Shown: positions 63,678 to 64,000 of the stretch, one piece after another
How the letters are laid out: the number at the start of each line of letters is the position of its first letter
Position numbering within the stretch: the first letter of the stretch is position 1
Source of the DNA: Lama glama
Lineage: Eukaryota
DNA: 64,000 bases
NCBI GenBank assembly: GCA_028534125.1
Contig: CM052832.1
Coordinates: 20,276,001 to 20,340,000, forward strand
Direction: 5' to 3'
Translations under genes and position numbers: made by a program
The notes under the pieces: generated by a model
What the model saw: the letters and a program-made list of their open reading frames with translations, nothing else
Databases searched by the model: none
Told to the model about the DNA's origin: nothing

Positions 63678-64000
63678 AGACACATGCAGAAATTTTAAAA
63701 TCCCTTTGTTTTTGTTCCTTTCTTTTTTCCTCTGTAGACATTAAAGAATCTGGTAATCTAATAGCTCATGGTTCTTTGTAACAAGAATAAAGCAAAACCC
63801 TTTAACCATGCAAGGCACACATGGATTTGAGTTACTATCTACCCCCTGAATTAACAGCAGTGAGCCTGGAAATCTTGATTCCAAAGTGACAGAAACATAG
63901 CATTGCTGAGACCTAGGATATACCAGCTATTTCACTCATTATTCTGATAATATATCTTAGGCTTCTTTGGATCTCTAAAATATCTCTATTATAATCCATA

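Noticed and set aside
1..64000. CRISPR arrays, operons, prophage/defence systems, CpG island, rRNA/snRNA genes
   Set aside because: The sequence is mammalian non-coding DNA; I saw no regularly spaced direct repeats, gene-dense ORF runs, CpG island or structural RNA gene motifs

Overview
This window is AT-rich, CpG-depleted mammalian genomic DNA. A tRNA-Ala-derived Vic-1-type SINE (11231-11384) and cetartiodactyl-style L1 3' ends point to a camelid. Most of it is intronic/intergenic sequence filled with decayed interspersed repeats (L1, L2, MIR, MaLR/ERVL solo LTRs, hAT and mariner MITEs) and microsatellites, plus a 500-N assembly gap (56430-56929). I cannot support any intact protein-coding gene. 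The ORF-track entries are chance ORFs, L1 ORF2 remnants or gap artefacts. The clearest non-repeat signal is a + strand cluster at ~5.9-8.8 kb: a muscle-type promoter (TEAD/MEF2/CArG/GATA), a TATA box, several strong splice donors and one well-bounded 157-nt exon. A separate RFX-box/donor module lies at 18.1-18.2 kb. This looks like the 5' end of a large multi-promoter gene whose body would lie beyond the window, but I cannot name the gene. Repeat family names come from recalled consensus similarity, not a database search, and boundaries without TSDs are approximate. I found no convincing novel biological system.
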